Under the pieces are notes generated by a model. That model was given only the letters and a program-made list of their open reading frames with translations, made no database searches and was not told the origin of the DNA. The position numbers and the translations under genes are program-made. 64,000 nucleotides of DNA from Octopus bimaculoides (taxonomy: Eukaryota), in the NCBI RefSeq assembly GCF_001194135.2, contig NC_069000.1, forward strand, positions 22,283,175 to 22,347,174, written 5' to 3'. This document shows, piece after piece, positions 53,521-64,000 of this stretch; positions within the stretch are counted from its first letter, which is position 1, and the number at the start of each line of letters is the position of its first letter.

Positions 53521-54581
53521 GGTACAATGAGACATAAAACAATGATTCATACAAAGGCAACTGTACAGTGGCACAAACACAGTAATGATTTCACAGACAA
53601 CAATATAGTAATACATACAAAGCTACAGGGAAAGTTATGTAGATCTGCAGAAAAGGAGTAAAAAGTATTATGTAGAAAAAAAAAAACAAATGCAAAAAGT
53701 GTAGATGGATCATAGGTAGGCTAACAGAAAAGGAAGATTTCATACATGGCATTTGAACAGGGTTAATAAGAAATAGCATAAAAGAAATAGATTTTCTCAA
53801 ATACCTGGAAAGCTCCCTAGAAGTAGTTGCTAGCTTTGTTACCTAGATATAACCACACTAGCAGTGAAAGTATGTTAGCCAAAATAAACAAAAGTATTGG
53901 TAAAGTTTGGAGAGTCTATTATTCAACTGGCAACAACAGGCTTGTTTCTCAGAGTGAAGGACAGACAGTATGATATTAGTGTTGGAAGTGAGATGTGATA
54001 GCAAGACGTGGGCTTTGGATGTAGAGGATTTTGTGAAGACTAGAAAGAAGGATGTGCAGTGACAAATTCCATGAATGATGAAGTACAAGTGAGTTGAAAG
54101 AAAATAAAAATGGGTACAAGAGGAATCAGAGGTAGGGTGCTAGAAAGAAGATTGTGCAGATACAGGCATGTGATGCATATGTAGGATGACTATTGTTAAA
54201 GAAGCTGTTGAGCACTCAAAGTGAATGGAACCCGTGAAAGGCATGGGATGAAGTGATGAAGGTTACTGAGCTTCACAAAGGAGATGACAAGGAACCATGA
54301 TGATTGGCAACACATGGTACAGAAGATCTGACCAATCATGCAAGCATTGCAAAACCTACATTAAAATAGGTGTACTGGTGGAACCTGTGACATTTTATAC
54401 ACACATACACACACACACACATATATATATGTATACACACACACACATTTCTTTTGTCTATTTCATACTTGAAATTCCATCTGCTTACCCTTCTTGCCCC
54501 TTAAACATCATTTTATCTCCCTCTTGACCATTCTCTTTCACATCACAATGCCTGCATAAAGAGGGGTTGTATTAGATTTTT

Positions 54582-54645
54582 TGGTCAAACCCAGACTCCT
54601 TTTCCGTCTGGTCAAACCCAGACGCCTTTTGCGTCTGGTCAAACC
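54582..54645. repeat. 27-bp tandem repeat, 2.4 copies
   Basis: TGGTCAAACCCAGAC(T/G)CCTTTT(C/G)CGTC units. Confidence 0.9.
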
Positions 54646-54749
54646 TTTATTGATATCAGTCATAGTCTTATCATTACCATCTCAGGTATTTATTGCTAAC
54701 ACTCTCTTAACCAGTTAACATTATCTGTTAATAAGTACAAATCATTAGG

Positions 54750-54950
54750 GCAGCGAGTTGGCACACCGGGCAAAATGCTTAGCAGCGTTTCTTCTGTCTT
54801 TACATTCTGAGTTCAAATTCTGCCAAGGTCAGCTTTGCCTTTCATCCTTTTGGGATTGATAGAACAAGTACCAGTTGAGTACTGGTTCAATATAATCAAC
54901 TTATCCTCTCCCCTGAAATTGCTGGCCTTGTGCCAAAATTCAAAACCAAT
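54750..54950 (+). mobile_element. SINE family B, diverged
   Basis: GGCAGCGAGTTGGCAC..CCTTTCATCCTTTTGGG..AGTACCAG. Confidence 0.8.
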
Positions 54951-55379
54951 ATTACAAATCATTACTCTCTCTCCCTCAATCACTCACTATTGACATCCAT
55001 CACACATTCGTACCATTGACTACTTCTACGACCTATCTATCATTCACTTAATCTCTTACCAGCCAGCATGTAACTGCTATAAACATCCCCCAATTACCTT
55101 CTATTAACATATCTCGCATGACACTTTCCCCTACTGTCTCTCTTCCATTAATCCCTCTAGCACCGTCTCTCCAATTTCTCCCTTCTCTTTCGTATTGTCA
55201 ACCCAATCGCTCTACTCCACTCATGCTTGTCTTCTTTTTCCCCCTCTCATATTGGTTCATCTTTAGTAACTGCCTTGTCATCGACCCACACCACTTGTGA
55301 CATTGCTCTGAATGAATGGAAACAACGGAAAACAGTGCAAACCTTTTTATCCAAGAGGACAAGGCAATTTCACTAGTGT

Positions 55380-55660
55380 TGGTGTCCCAGTAAAAGACAC
55401 CCAATGCATTGGTTGAAAAGAACCTTCTTTAGTCCTGTCTTGTTAAGGACATGACGACCTCTTTAGTGCTGGTGTCATGATAAAATGCATCCAGTACATT
55501 CTATAAAGTGGTTGCTGTTAGGAAGAGCATCCAGCCATAGAAACCACAAGAATAAAACATATGAATGAGAGCAGTAACTGAGAATAAGAACTGACTTGGA
55601 TTGTGACGACTCATCTAACCCATACCAATGTGGAAAGCAGATGTAAAATGATGACAACTG
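55380..55660 (+). mobile_element. Old RTE-type 3' end
   Basis: GGAAGAGCATCCAGCCATAGAAAC..TGTGGAAAGCAGATGTAAAATGATGA. Confidence 0.65.
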
Positions 55661-56184
55661 TACAAATTGATACAAATGTAAAAAGAATGACTACAGCGAC
55701 AAAAAAAAAAGTTGTGCTTTTTGTTTTGTTTTTTTTTGCAAAAAGAATTGCCAATGTTTGATCGAAGTGACCTGACAATAAACAACAGAAACTAATAAGG
55801 GAGTCTCTTGCCAGGCTAGAAACACTAGCCAAACCACTAAGGGAAAGACACTTTAGCTAATTTAGTCACAGTACACTTTGCCTAGGGGAAACATAGAGTA
55901 AAGAGGAGCAGAAACATTATCATAGAGTTATTATTTACCAAGTTTCTGATGTAAGACTGAAACAATGCATTAAAAATGTGATACATCTAAAAAAATTTTT
56001 CATTCTTGTACAAATATTTATTCAGTTAAAGAAAGTCAAATCCAAGTAGAGAAAAAATACTGAGTTTTTAGGAGTAATAAGCATAATTTTTTTTTTTTTC
56101 CTGCCTTTTTTATTTCTACAGACACGCTGTGTTAAACAAAGACGTGCAGCCAAGACATGAAAGGAAAATCTACAATTGTATGAT

Positions 56185-56223
<39 letters not shown>

Positions 56224-56904
56224 NNNNNNNNNNNNNNNNNNNNNNNNNNNNNNNNNNNNNNNNNNNNNNNNNNNNNNNNNNNNNNNNNNNNNNNNNNNNN
56301 NNNNNNNNNNNNNNNNNNNNNNNNNNNNNNNNNNNNNNNNNNNNNNNNNNNNNNNNNNNNNNNNNNNNNNNNNNNNNNNNNNNNNNNNNNNNNNNNNNNN
56401 NNNNNNNNNNNNNNNNNNNNNNNNNNNNNNNNNNNNNNNNNNNNNNNNNNNNNNNNNNNNNNNNNNNNNNNNNNNNNNNNNNNNNNNNNNNNNNNNNNNN
56501 NNNNNNNNNNNNNNNNNNNNNNNNNNNNNNNNNNNNNNNNNNNNNNNNNNNNNNNNNNNNNNNNNNNNNNNNNNNNNNNNNNNNNNNNNNNNNNNNNNNN
56601 NNNNNNNNNNNNNNNNNNNNNNNNNNNNNNNNNNNNNNNNNNNNNNNNNNNNNNNNNNNNNNNNNNNNNNNNNNNNNNNNNNNNNNNNNNNNNNNNNNNN
56701 NNNNNNNNNNNNNNNNNNNNNNNNNNNNNNNNNNNNNNNNNNNNNNNNNNNNNNNNNNNNNNNNNNNNNNNNNNNNNNNNNNNNNNNNNNNNNNNNNNNN
56801 NNNNNNNNNNNNNNNNNNNNNNNNNNNNNNNNNNNNNNNNNNNNNNNNNNNNNNNNNNNNNNNNNNNNNNNNNNNNNNNNNNNNNNNNNNNNNNNNNNNN
56901 NNNN

Positions 56905-56960
<56 letters not shown>

Positions 56961-57171
56961 GTATATATATATAAACTACACTGCTCTTTATTTACTTATT
57001 ACTAGTTCCTACTGTAGCTGTTGTTATGTATATATTTGCACAGTGCCTCAATATATTCACACTTTTCTGTTCAATGACATCAATGGTAATATAGACAAAA
57101 GTGTGTGTGTTGTGTATGCGTGTGTATGTTGTGTGTGTGCTTGCGCGTGTGTTCGTTACACACATGCATGC

Positions 57172-57216
<45 letters not shown>

Positions 57217-57901
57217 CATGCTTACAGTCGAGTACTAACGTTATGTGTATATACACATATACGAATGCAAATACAAAAGTATGTGCAAATACACGTAACG
57301 CAAACACGTGTGCATGCGTACACGAACGTATACCAATACAAATGCACATATTACACACATACAGATACGTGCACGAGCATATTTCTAAATAGTGATGTGA
57401 TGTCCACATTCATGTGTGAGAATATGTTTTTCTAAGAAAGTGCATCTGTCTGCTTACAGTATGAGTGTGCACGTCCACGTGTATGTATGTGTGCACGTAG
57501 CTGTGTGAATGACCGTATACTGATATGCATGTGTGTATGCACGAATGTGCTTATGTCCATATATGTGTATGTGTGTGTGTGCGAGTGAGTATGTGCGCGC
57601 TCGCGTATGTGTGTGTGTGTGTGTGTGTGAAAACGCAGTTTATGCAGGCAAATGTAGAAAATGTTTGTGAAAATAAATAAGTTCAAAGCCCAAAACTTAA
57701 TATATAATTGAATGAATTATACTATCAAAGAAACTCGATATCTGCTTGTGTATGGAGCAAATATTATTACGCATTGATTAATGCCTTTGATGTTTTCGTT
57801 TCGACAGGCAAACCGGACCGAACAGCTACAGCAGAAAAACACACGTACACACAAACACACACACACTTACACGCTGCCATCATCACTTGTCTACATACGC
57901 A

Positions 57902-57948
<47 letters not shown>

Positions 57949-58139
57949 ATACATACATACATACATAGGCTTTCAATCCAGTGGAAGACCACATCTATGT
58001 ATTTTGCGCGCATGTGTGTGTGTGTGTGTGTGTGTGTGCAAGAGAGGGCTGCTGTGTATAAAAAGTGAATAAGAAATGGCTTTGGGTTAAACAAATTAAA
58101 TTCCTATGTCAAAACTGTTGCTTTAATTGACTAAAAGCA

Positions 58140-58785
58140 CTGAGAGAGAGAGAGAGAAGAAAGAGGAGGAAAAGATAAAATGATAGACATGAGTATATGA
58201 ATCTCATATATTTCTCTCCAAGAGGGAGAGAGATTGGAGCAGGAGGGAGGTGCAAAAATAGACAGGTATCAAAAGTAGAAACACTGAGAGAGAGAGGTTT
58301 ATAAAATCAGGATGCAAATTAAGAGGGAGGGTGGGAGTAGTGAGAGTAAAAGCAAAGAGACATCACATTTTAATGTGAATAGAGAGGAGGAAGGGTGAAA
58401 GTAATAAGTAACTAGAGAGAGAGAGAGAGAGTGTGTGTGTGTATGTGTGTAATAGAATAGTGAGACAAAAGTAGTAGGAATAGGAGAAAGAAAGTAAGAG
58501 GAAAAGAAAGTTTGAACGAGTGAGACAGTAGAGAGAAGAGGGAGAGTAGTGTGGGACAAAGAGAGAGAGATAGAAAGAAGCAAGTAGCGAGGGAGGAGCA
58601 CGTACTACGAGCAGTGATAGAAAGAAAGAAGAGAGCGAGAGAGAGATAGTGTAAGAGTAAAGGTTACATACGTAGTAAGAGAATGAAGAGCGAACAAAAT
58701 GCATAAAGAGAGAATGAGAAGAGACGAGAAGACAGCAAGAGAGAGAGGGAAAGAAAGAAAGAAAGAGAGAGAGGAGAATGGAATG
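58140..58785. repeat. Purine-rich GA/GAAA low-complexity tract
   Basis: Directly visible strand asymmetry. Confidence 0.85.
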
Positions 58786-59190
58786 TGTACAGGACCAAAT
58801 TCACAAATGCATTTCTACAAGATTAGAAAAGGATAATGTATCAATGTTGCATAAAAATAAGTACGCAGCTCGGCTGAATTAATAATCTAATAGCTGTGAC
58901 TGGGCTCTTTCAGTCAGTCACACAGACTAAATCTGATACGGAAAAATTAATTTCTTGAAAGACTGTCAAATATTATTGATGGCAGCAGATACAACTAGAA
59001 CCTGAAGAGATAGCAGAATTGCGTGTGTGTGTTGGGGGAGGGGCTTATACTTCTACTGGTTACAGTCATTGGATTGCTGCCATTTTGGTGCCACTGCCTT
59101 CAAGGTTTAGTCAATCATATTGACCCAGTACTTATTATGTCAGGTCATTGGAAATATGTGATCCGGTACTACCTGTTATATTGCTGGGTC

Positions 59191-59335
59191 AGCTTGCTTA
59201 CCAACCACATGGTTCCGGGTTCAGTCCCACTGCGTGGCATCTTGGGCAAATGTCTTCTACTATAGCCTCGGGCCGACCAAAGCCTTGAGAGTGGATTTGG
59301 TAGACGGAAACTGAAAGAAGCCCGTCGTATATATG

Positions 59336-59368
<33 letters not shown>

Positions 59369-59580
59369 ATTTGTGTGTCTGTATTCATCCCCCTAGCATT
59401 GCTTGACAACCGATGCTGATGTGTTTATGTCCCCGTCACTTAGCGGTTTGGCAAAAGATCCCGATAGAATAAGTACTGGGCTTACAAAGAATAAGTCCCG
59501 GGGTTGATTTGCTCGACTAAAGGCGGTGCCCCAGCATGGCCGCAGTCAAATGACTGAAACAAGTAAAAGAGTAAAAGAGA
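59191..59580 (+). mobile_element. SINE family A, young, nearly full-length
   Basis: CpG-intact copy with internal (TA)n(TG)n. Confidence 0.92.
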
Positions 59581-59609
59581 GAGGCTAAACAAGCAGAAGC
59601 AGGGGCAAC

Positions 59610-60010
59610 AGCAGCAGTAGCCTTGCCTAACCTAATGAAAATGGTTGCTATAGAAACACAACAGGACCAAAAACATGACCTGTCAAAAGGATAGCTGGCT
59701 GAACCAAAGTAGAGTTAAGGGCTATCTTTATCTAGCAAATATTACATGGGGGGGGGGGATACAGAGATATTTGAGATGGTGAATAAGAATGCTGTCAGAC
59801 CAATGTGCATGATGGGTTAACTTGTGCATTTCTGTAGCAGTTGAAGGAGACAACTTCTCAAACAAAGTTACCCGCAGTAAAAAACATTGAGCCAACAGCT
59901 GCAGCCTTGCCTAACCTAATGAAAATGGTTGCCATAGAAACACAACAGGATAATAACATGACCTGTCAAAAGGATAGCTAGCTGGGTGAACCAGAATAGA
60001 GCCAAAGGCA
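59610..60010. repeat. About 110-130 bp local direct duplication containing X-box-like motifs
   Basis: GCCTTGCCTAACCTAATGAAAATGGTTGC(T/C)ATAGAAACACAACAGGA..CATGACCTGTCAAAAGGATAGCT at about 59620 and 59904. Confidence 0.9.
59928..59941. promoter_or_regulatory. RFX X-box-like site; second copy at 59644-59657
   Basis: GTTGCCATAGAAAC, close to the RFX palindrome GTTGCCATGGCAAC; function untested. Confidence 0.3.
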
Positions 60011-60236
60011 GCGAGCTGGCAGAAACGTTAGCACGCCGGGCAAAATGCTTATCGGTATTTCGTCTGCCGTTACGTTCTGAGTTCAAATCCCACCAAGGTC
60101 GACTTTGCCTTTCATCCTTTCGGGGTCGATAAATTAAGTACCAGTTACGCACTGGGGTCGATGTAATCGACTTAACCTCCTTGTCTGTCCTTGTTTGTCC
60201 CCTCTATGTTTAGCTCCTTGTGGGCAATAAAGAAAT
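60011..60236 (+). mobile_element. SINE family B, young, 19-bp TSD
   Basis: CAGAATAGAGCCAAAGGCA at 59992-60010 and 60237-60255. Confidence 0.93.
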
Positions 60237-60379
60237 CAGAATAGAGCCAAAGGCAATCTCTATCTATTTACATAAACATATACGTAAGTATATATGTATG
60301 CATATATACAAGTATATCTGTACACTGAAAAATACAAACACAAATCCATACATAGTTCACACACTGTGTGTGTGTATGT

Positions 60380-60415
<36 letters not shown>

Positions 60416-60756
60416 ATACACACTCATGTATAGAGTTTCAAATGGTATAGATCAAAATTGTATTAGCAGAGCATATCATCAATCAAAAGTTAAACAAGAG
60501 AACCTGATATCTCACAAGTTATTAACATACACAAAAAAAGAAAGTACCACACAAGTCAGTAACACGAGAGAATATCACATAAGTTATTGCAAATTTATGA
60601 AAAGGGTTAAAAAAATTTAGACCAACATCAACAAGCTAAATAACTGTGAAGATTAGATATACATATACAAGATATCCAATTTTACTAAATATTACACAGT
60701 TCTTCAACTATTATGGCTGCAAAGTTGAGAAGTTATCTCATAGAACACATGCTTAC

Positions 60757-60833
<77 letters not shown>

Positions 60834-61206
60834 NNNNNNNNNNTGTGAGTGTGTGTGTGAGTGTGATTGTGCGCGCGCGCGCGAGCACACACACACACAG
60901 AGAAATATGTGCATACATAAATATTTAGATGTATGTTGTATATGCATATATATATGTAAATTTGCAAATACACACATTCTTGTATGTATATTCGTGTAAA
61001 CATTAATACAAACATACATCCATGCACATTCATGTATACATATACACATGTAATATGCTTCAAATGGTGTCGATCAAAACTGCATCAGCCAGAGCAATGA
61101 AAATACGTATCTATTCAAATATATATATTTATCTATGTACACATGCATACATATCCACACATTCATAGACATATATGCACACATTCACATATATATATAT
61201 AGATAG

Positions 61207-61602
61207 GTTCAGGTGTGGCTGTGTAGTAATTTGCTTCCCAACCACATGGTTCTTAGTTCAGTCCCACTGCATGGCACTTTGGGCAAGTGTCTTCTACTAT
61301 GGACCAAGGACAACCAAAGCCTTGAGTGGATTTGGTAACTGGAGACTGAAAGAAACGCATCATATATATATGTATATATATATATATGAGAGAATGTGTG
61401 TGTGTGTGTGATAGTTGTAAATGAGTGTTATTATCATACAGGTAGTGTCCTTCATTCCCAATAGTCTGTGGAAATATTACCTTACATGAAACAGGTGAAG
61501 GTTGGCAACTGGAAGGGCATCTGTCCATAAAAAAAATCCACTTCAGCAAATTTCATCTAACTCATTGAGCATGGAAAAGTGGACATTAAGACGATGATGA
61601 TG
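61207..61602 (+). mobile_element. SINE family C (RTE-type tail)
   Basis: Family A head; ends GGAAGGGCATC..GCATGGAAAAGTGGACATTAAGACGATGATGATG. Confidence 0.82.
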
Positions 61603-62399
61603 CACATATACAAATTGGTGATATGCAGTCCTCAAGAAGACTCACTCATGTCAATGAAACTAAGATTCTGGAAGCATAAATGAGCTTATACACAACAAAG
61701 CTCCTTGTCTAATTTCCTTATCAAGCTTTCTACATCATCCCTCTGTCATCGATCCCTCCATCACTTGCCTTCTATCATTAATAAATGAGAGCAGAACTGC
61801 CTGTTTCATCTTCCCTGTGATACCAGCTATCTTTCTTATTGCCAGGGACGACTTCACTTGACATCCATCCTTGATACTTGATATTATGCTTCTCCACTCT
61901 TACTTTGCATTGATCACCCTTCTTTGCTACCAAATTATCTCTCCATCCACCACCATACATCTCACTCTCCCCCTGCACTATGTCTGTCACTACTCATGTA
62001 ACCTACCCACTTACTTGTTATCTCCCCTTCATCCATCCCATTTACTGTATTATTACTATTTTGTAGCTCTTCATCTCTTCTGCCTGGTCAGTCATCACCA
62101 ACTCTCAGCTACCTTCCTTCTAATCACATTAATTGCTAACCACCCTTCAATATCTGTTCATTCATTCTCCTCATATACACTTGCAGTATCTATACACCCA
62201 CCTGTTCTGTTCACCTCCTCCAGCCCTGATACTTCATCACCACCATTTTTACCTCTTTCCAGCTCCATCCACTCTGATATAATGCAAATAGTCAAGTAGC
62301 TCCTCTACAGAGGAAACCTGTTCCAACCCCTTCTTTCATACTTTAACCTAGCCTAAAACCACATCCCACTCAACTTTAGCCTTACTCAGCCAAAGGGGA

Positions 62400-62790
62400 T
62401 CTTAGCCTTGTGTGCTCAATTGTATTGATGCTATGAAAAAAGTACTCACTACACTCTGTAAAGTGGCTGGTATGAGGAAAAGCATCCAGTTGCAGAAATC
62501 ATGCCATAGTAGACAATGGAACACAATGCAGTCATCAGTTTCATAGACCCTTGCTAACATTTAGCAAAGACATTAAATGATAACACACACATACACACAT
62601 TATCATTATTTAACATCCATGTTGGCATGGGCCGGCTGGTTCAACAGGTTCTGACATACTAGAGTACATCAGTTATTGATCTCTGATATCCCAATTTAGC
62701 ATGTTCTTTACAGCTGGATGTCCTTCCTAAAACCAACCATTTTCAAGGTTGCACTCGGACAACCCCTCTGTACAGTGGGGGCACAGTACT
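62400..62790. mobile_element. Two old RTE-type 3' ends, tail to tail
   Basis: Plus-strand tail at about 62440-62580; minus-strand tail at about 62600-62790. Confidence 0.6.
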
Positions 62791-63540
62791 GAGTGGTTTT
62801 GTGCTAGGTATTGAGAGGCTGAAGTATAACAGAGGGATAGGAACAAGTGTCTTGCCATAGAGGTAATATATAGCTACACCAGCTGGAAGGGGAGAAAGGG
62901 TGCTGGAGATGAGGTATCAAGGGGAATCCTGAAGGTACAGGAAGTAGATTAAGGGAGTGAACATGGACAGAGAATCGAGAATGGCTGGCTGGGTTCGTGA
63001 GAGTGTGAAAGGTAAGTGACAGACGGTTAGAGATGGGGACAAAGGTAGATGCAGTGAATGGTGAACACAAGTAGAGGCATAGTCAATGATGAATTTCAGT
63101 TTGGAGGAAGGTAAAGAGAGATTGGGAGGTGGGGACAAGAAGGAGGTGATAAGTGGCAGTACATAAAAGAGGTGCTGGAGGGCATTAGTGTAACAAAACA
63201 GTAGACAGATGATGTGAAGGGGGGGGGGATACAAAGTGTCAGAGACAGGTCAGGTGTACAAAGGGATAGATAGAGTGTGTGACAAAGGTGGTGTGTAGCT
63301 ACTGATAGTAGATATATAAGAGAATGGTCTGGTGAAAAGAGTGTCCAGTGGAAAATAAAGTGGTAAGGGATGACGTCGAGAATGTGGGATGGGTGACAAG
63401 GGAAGTGGTTCCAAGGAGAGGGATAAATGAGAGCATGAAAGGGGATTGAAATACATACAGCTGTACTCATATAATTACAACAGCTAAGAAAACAGTGCCA
63501 TGATTAGAAGAATGAAAGAAGGATATGGGGAAAGTAATGC

Positions 63541-63872
63541 ATAGTGGCTGTGTGGTAAGTAGCTTGCTTACCAACCACATGGTTCTAGGTTCAGTCTCAC
63601 TGCATGCCACCTTGGGCAAGTGTCTTCTACTATAGCCTCGGGCCGACCAAAGCCTTGTGAGTGCATGTGTGTGTTTGTGTGTCTGTGTTTGTCCCACCAC
63701 CATCGCTTGACAACCGATGCTGGTGTGTTTACGTCCCCGTAACTTAGCGGTTCGGCAAAAAGAGACCGATAGCATAAGCACTAGGCTTACAAAGAATAAG
63801 TCCTGGGGGTCGATTTCTCGACTAAAGGCGGTACTCCAGCATGGCCGCAGTCAAATGACTGAAACAAATAAA
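63541..63872 (+). mobile_element. SINE family A, young, with internal deletion
   Basis: Head and 3' half near-identical to 59191-59580. Confidence 0.92.
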
Positions 63873-63913
63873 AGATATACATATATATATATATACACGT
63901 TTTCTAATATATA

Positions 63914-63958
<45 letters not shown>

Positions 63959-64000
63959 TTTCTAAGCTGTTTTCACAGCTATATATATATATATATATAT

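Noticed and set aside
56959-57686. ORFs rich in HT, YI, CV, ER or LS dipeptides throughout the window
   Set aside because: Translations of (CA)n, (TA)n and (GA)n microsatellites
59191-59260. SINE heads as tRNA genes
   Set aside because: Only A/B-box-like remnants, no complete cloverleaf, and each continues into a SINE body
60868-60885. (CG)n run within (TG)n as a Z-DNA or CpG-island signal
   Set aside because: Short and within ordinary microsatellite variation

Overview
AT-rich, repeat-dense eukaryotic DNA with about 2.7 kb of N gaps (3605-4320, 14441-14695, 23754-24003, 25613-26049, 28284-28510, 45182-45275, 56224-56905, plus three 10-bp gaps). The tRNA-head SINE families, (ATG)n-tailed RTE LINEs and TA/TG/GA microsatellites look like an octopus genome; this is recognition from memory, not a database hit. 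I cannot support any intact host protein-coding gene, so the window is probably intronic or intergenic. It holds three decayed Tc1/mariner transposons (maT-like DD37D, mariner DD34D, an internally deleted mariner), a Tc1/mariner MITE, piggyBac-type TTAA MITEs, a non-autonomous Helitron, many RTE fragments, an R4-type endonuclease remnant and several SINE families, often nested. Best leads: (1) minimal type I hammerhead-ribozyme-like motifs in Penelope-like fragments, one with a compensated U3-A8 core inside a 266-bp near-perfect palindrome; (2) tandem H-type pseudoknot-like units in the RTE 3' UTR; (3) a local duplication carrying two RFX X-box-like sites; (4) an unexplained coding-like island at 11.8-12.3 kb and several exon-like islands. 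Boundaries of old repeats are approximate, and family names A-E are my own labels.
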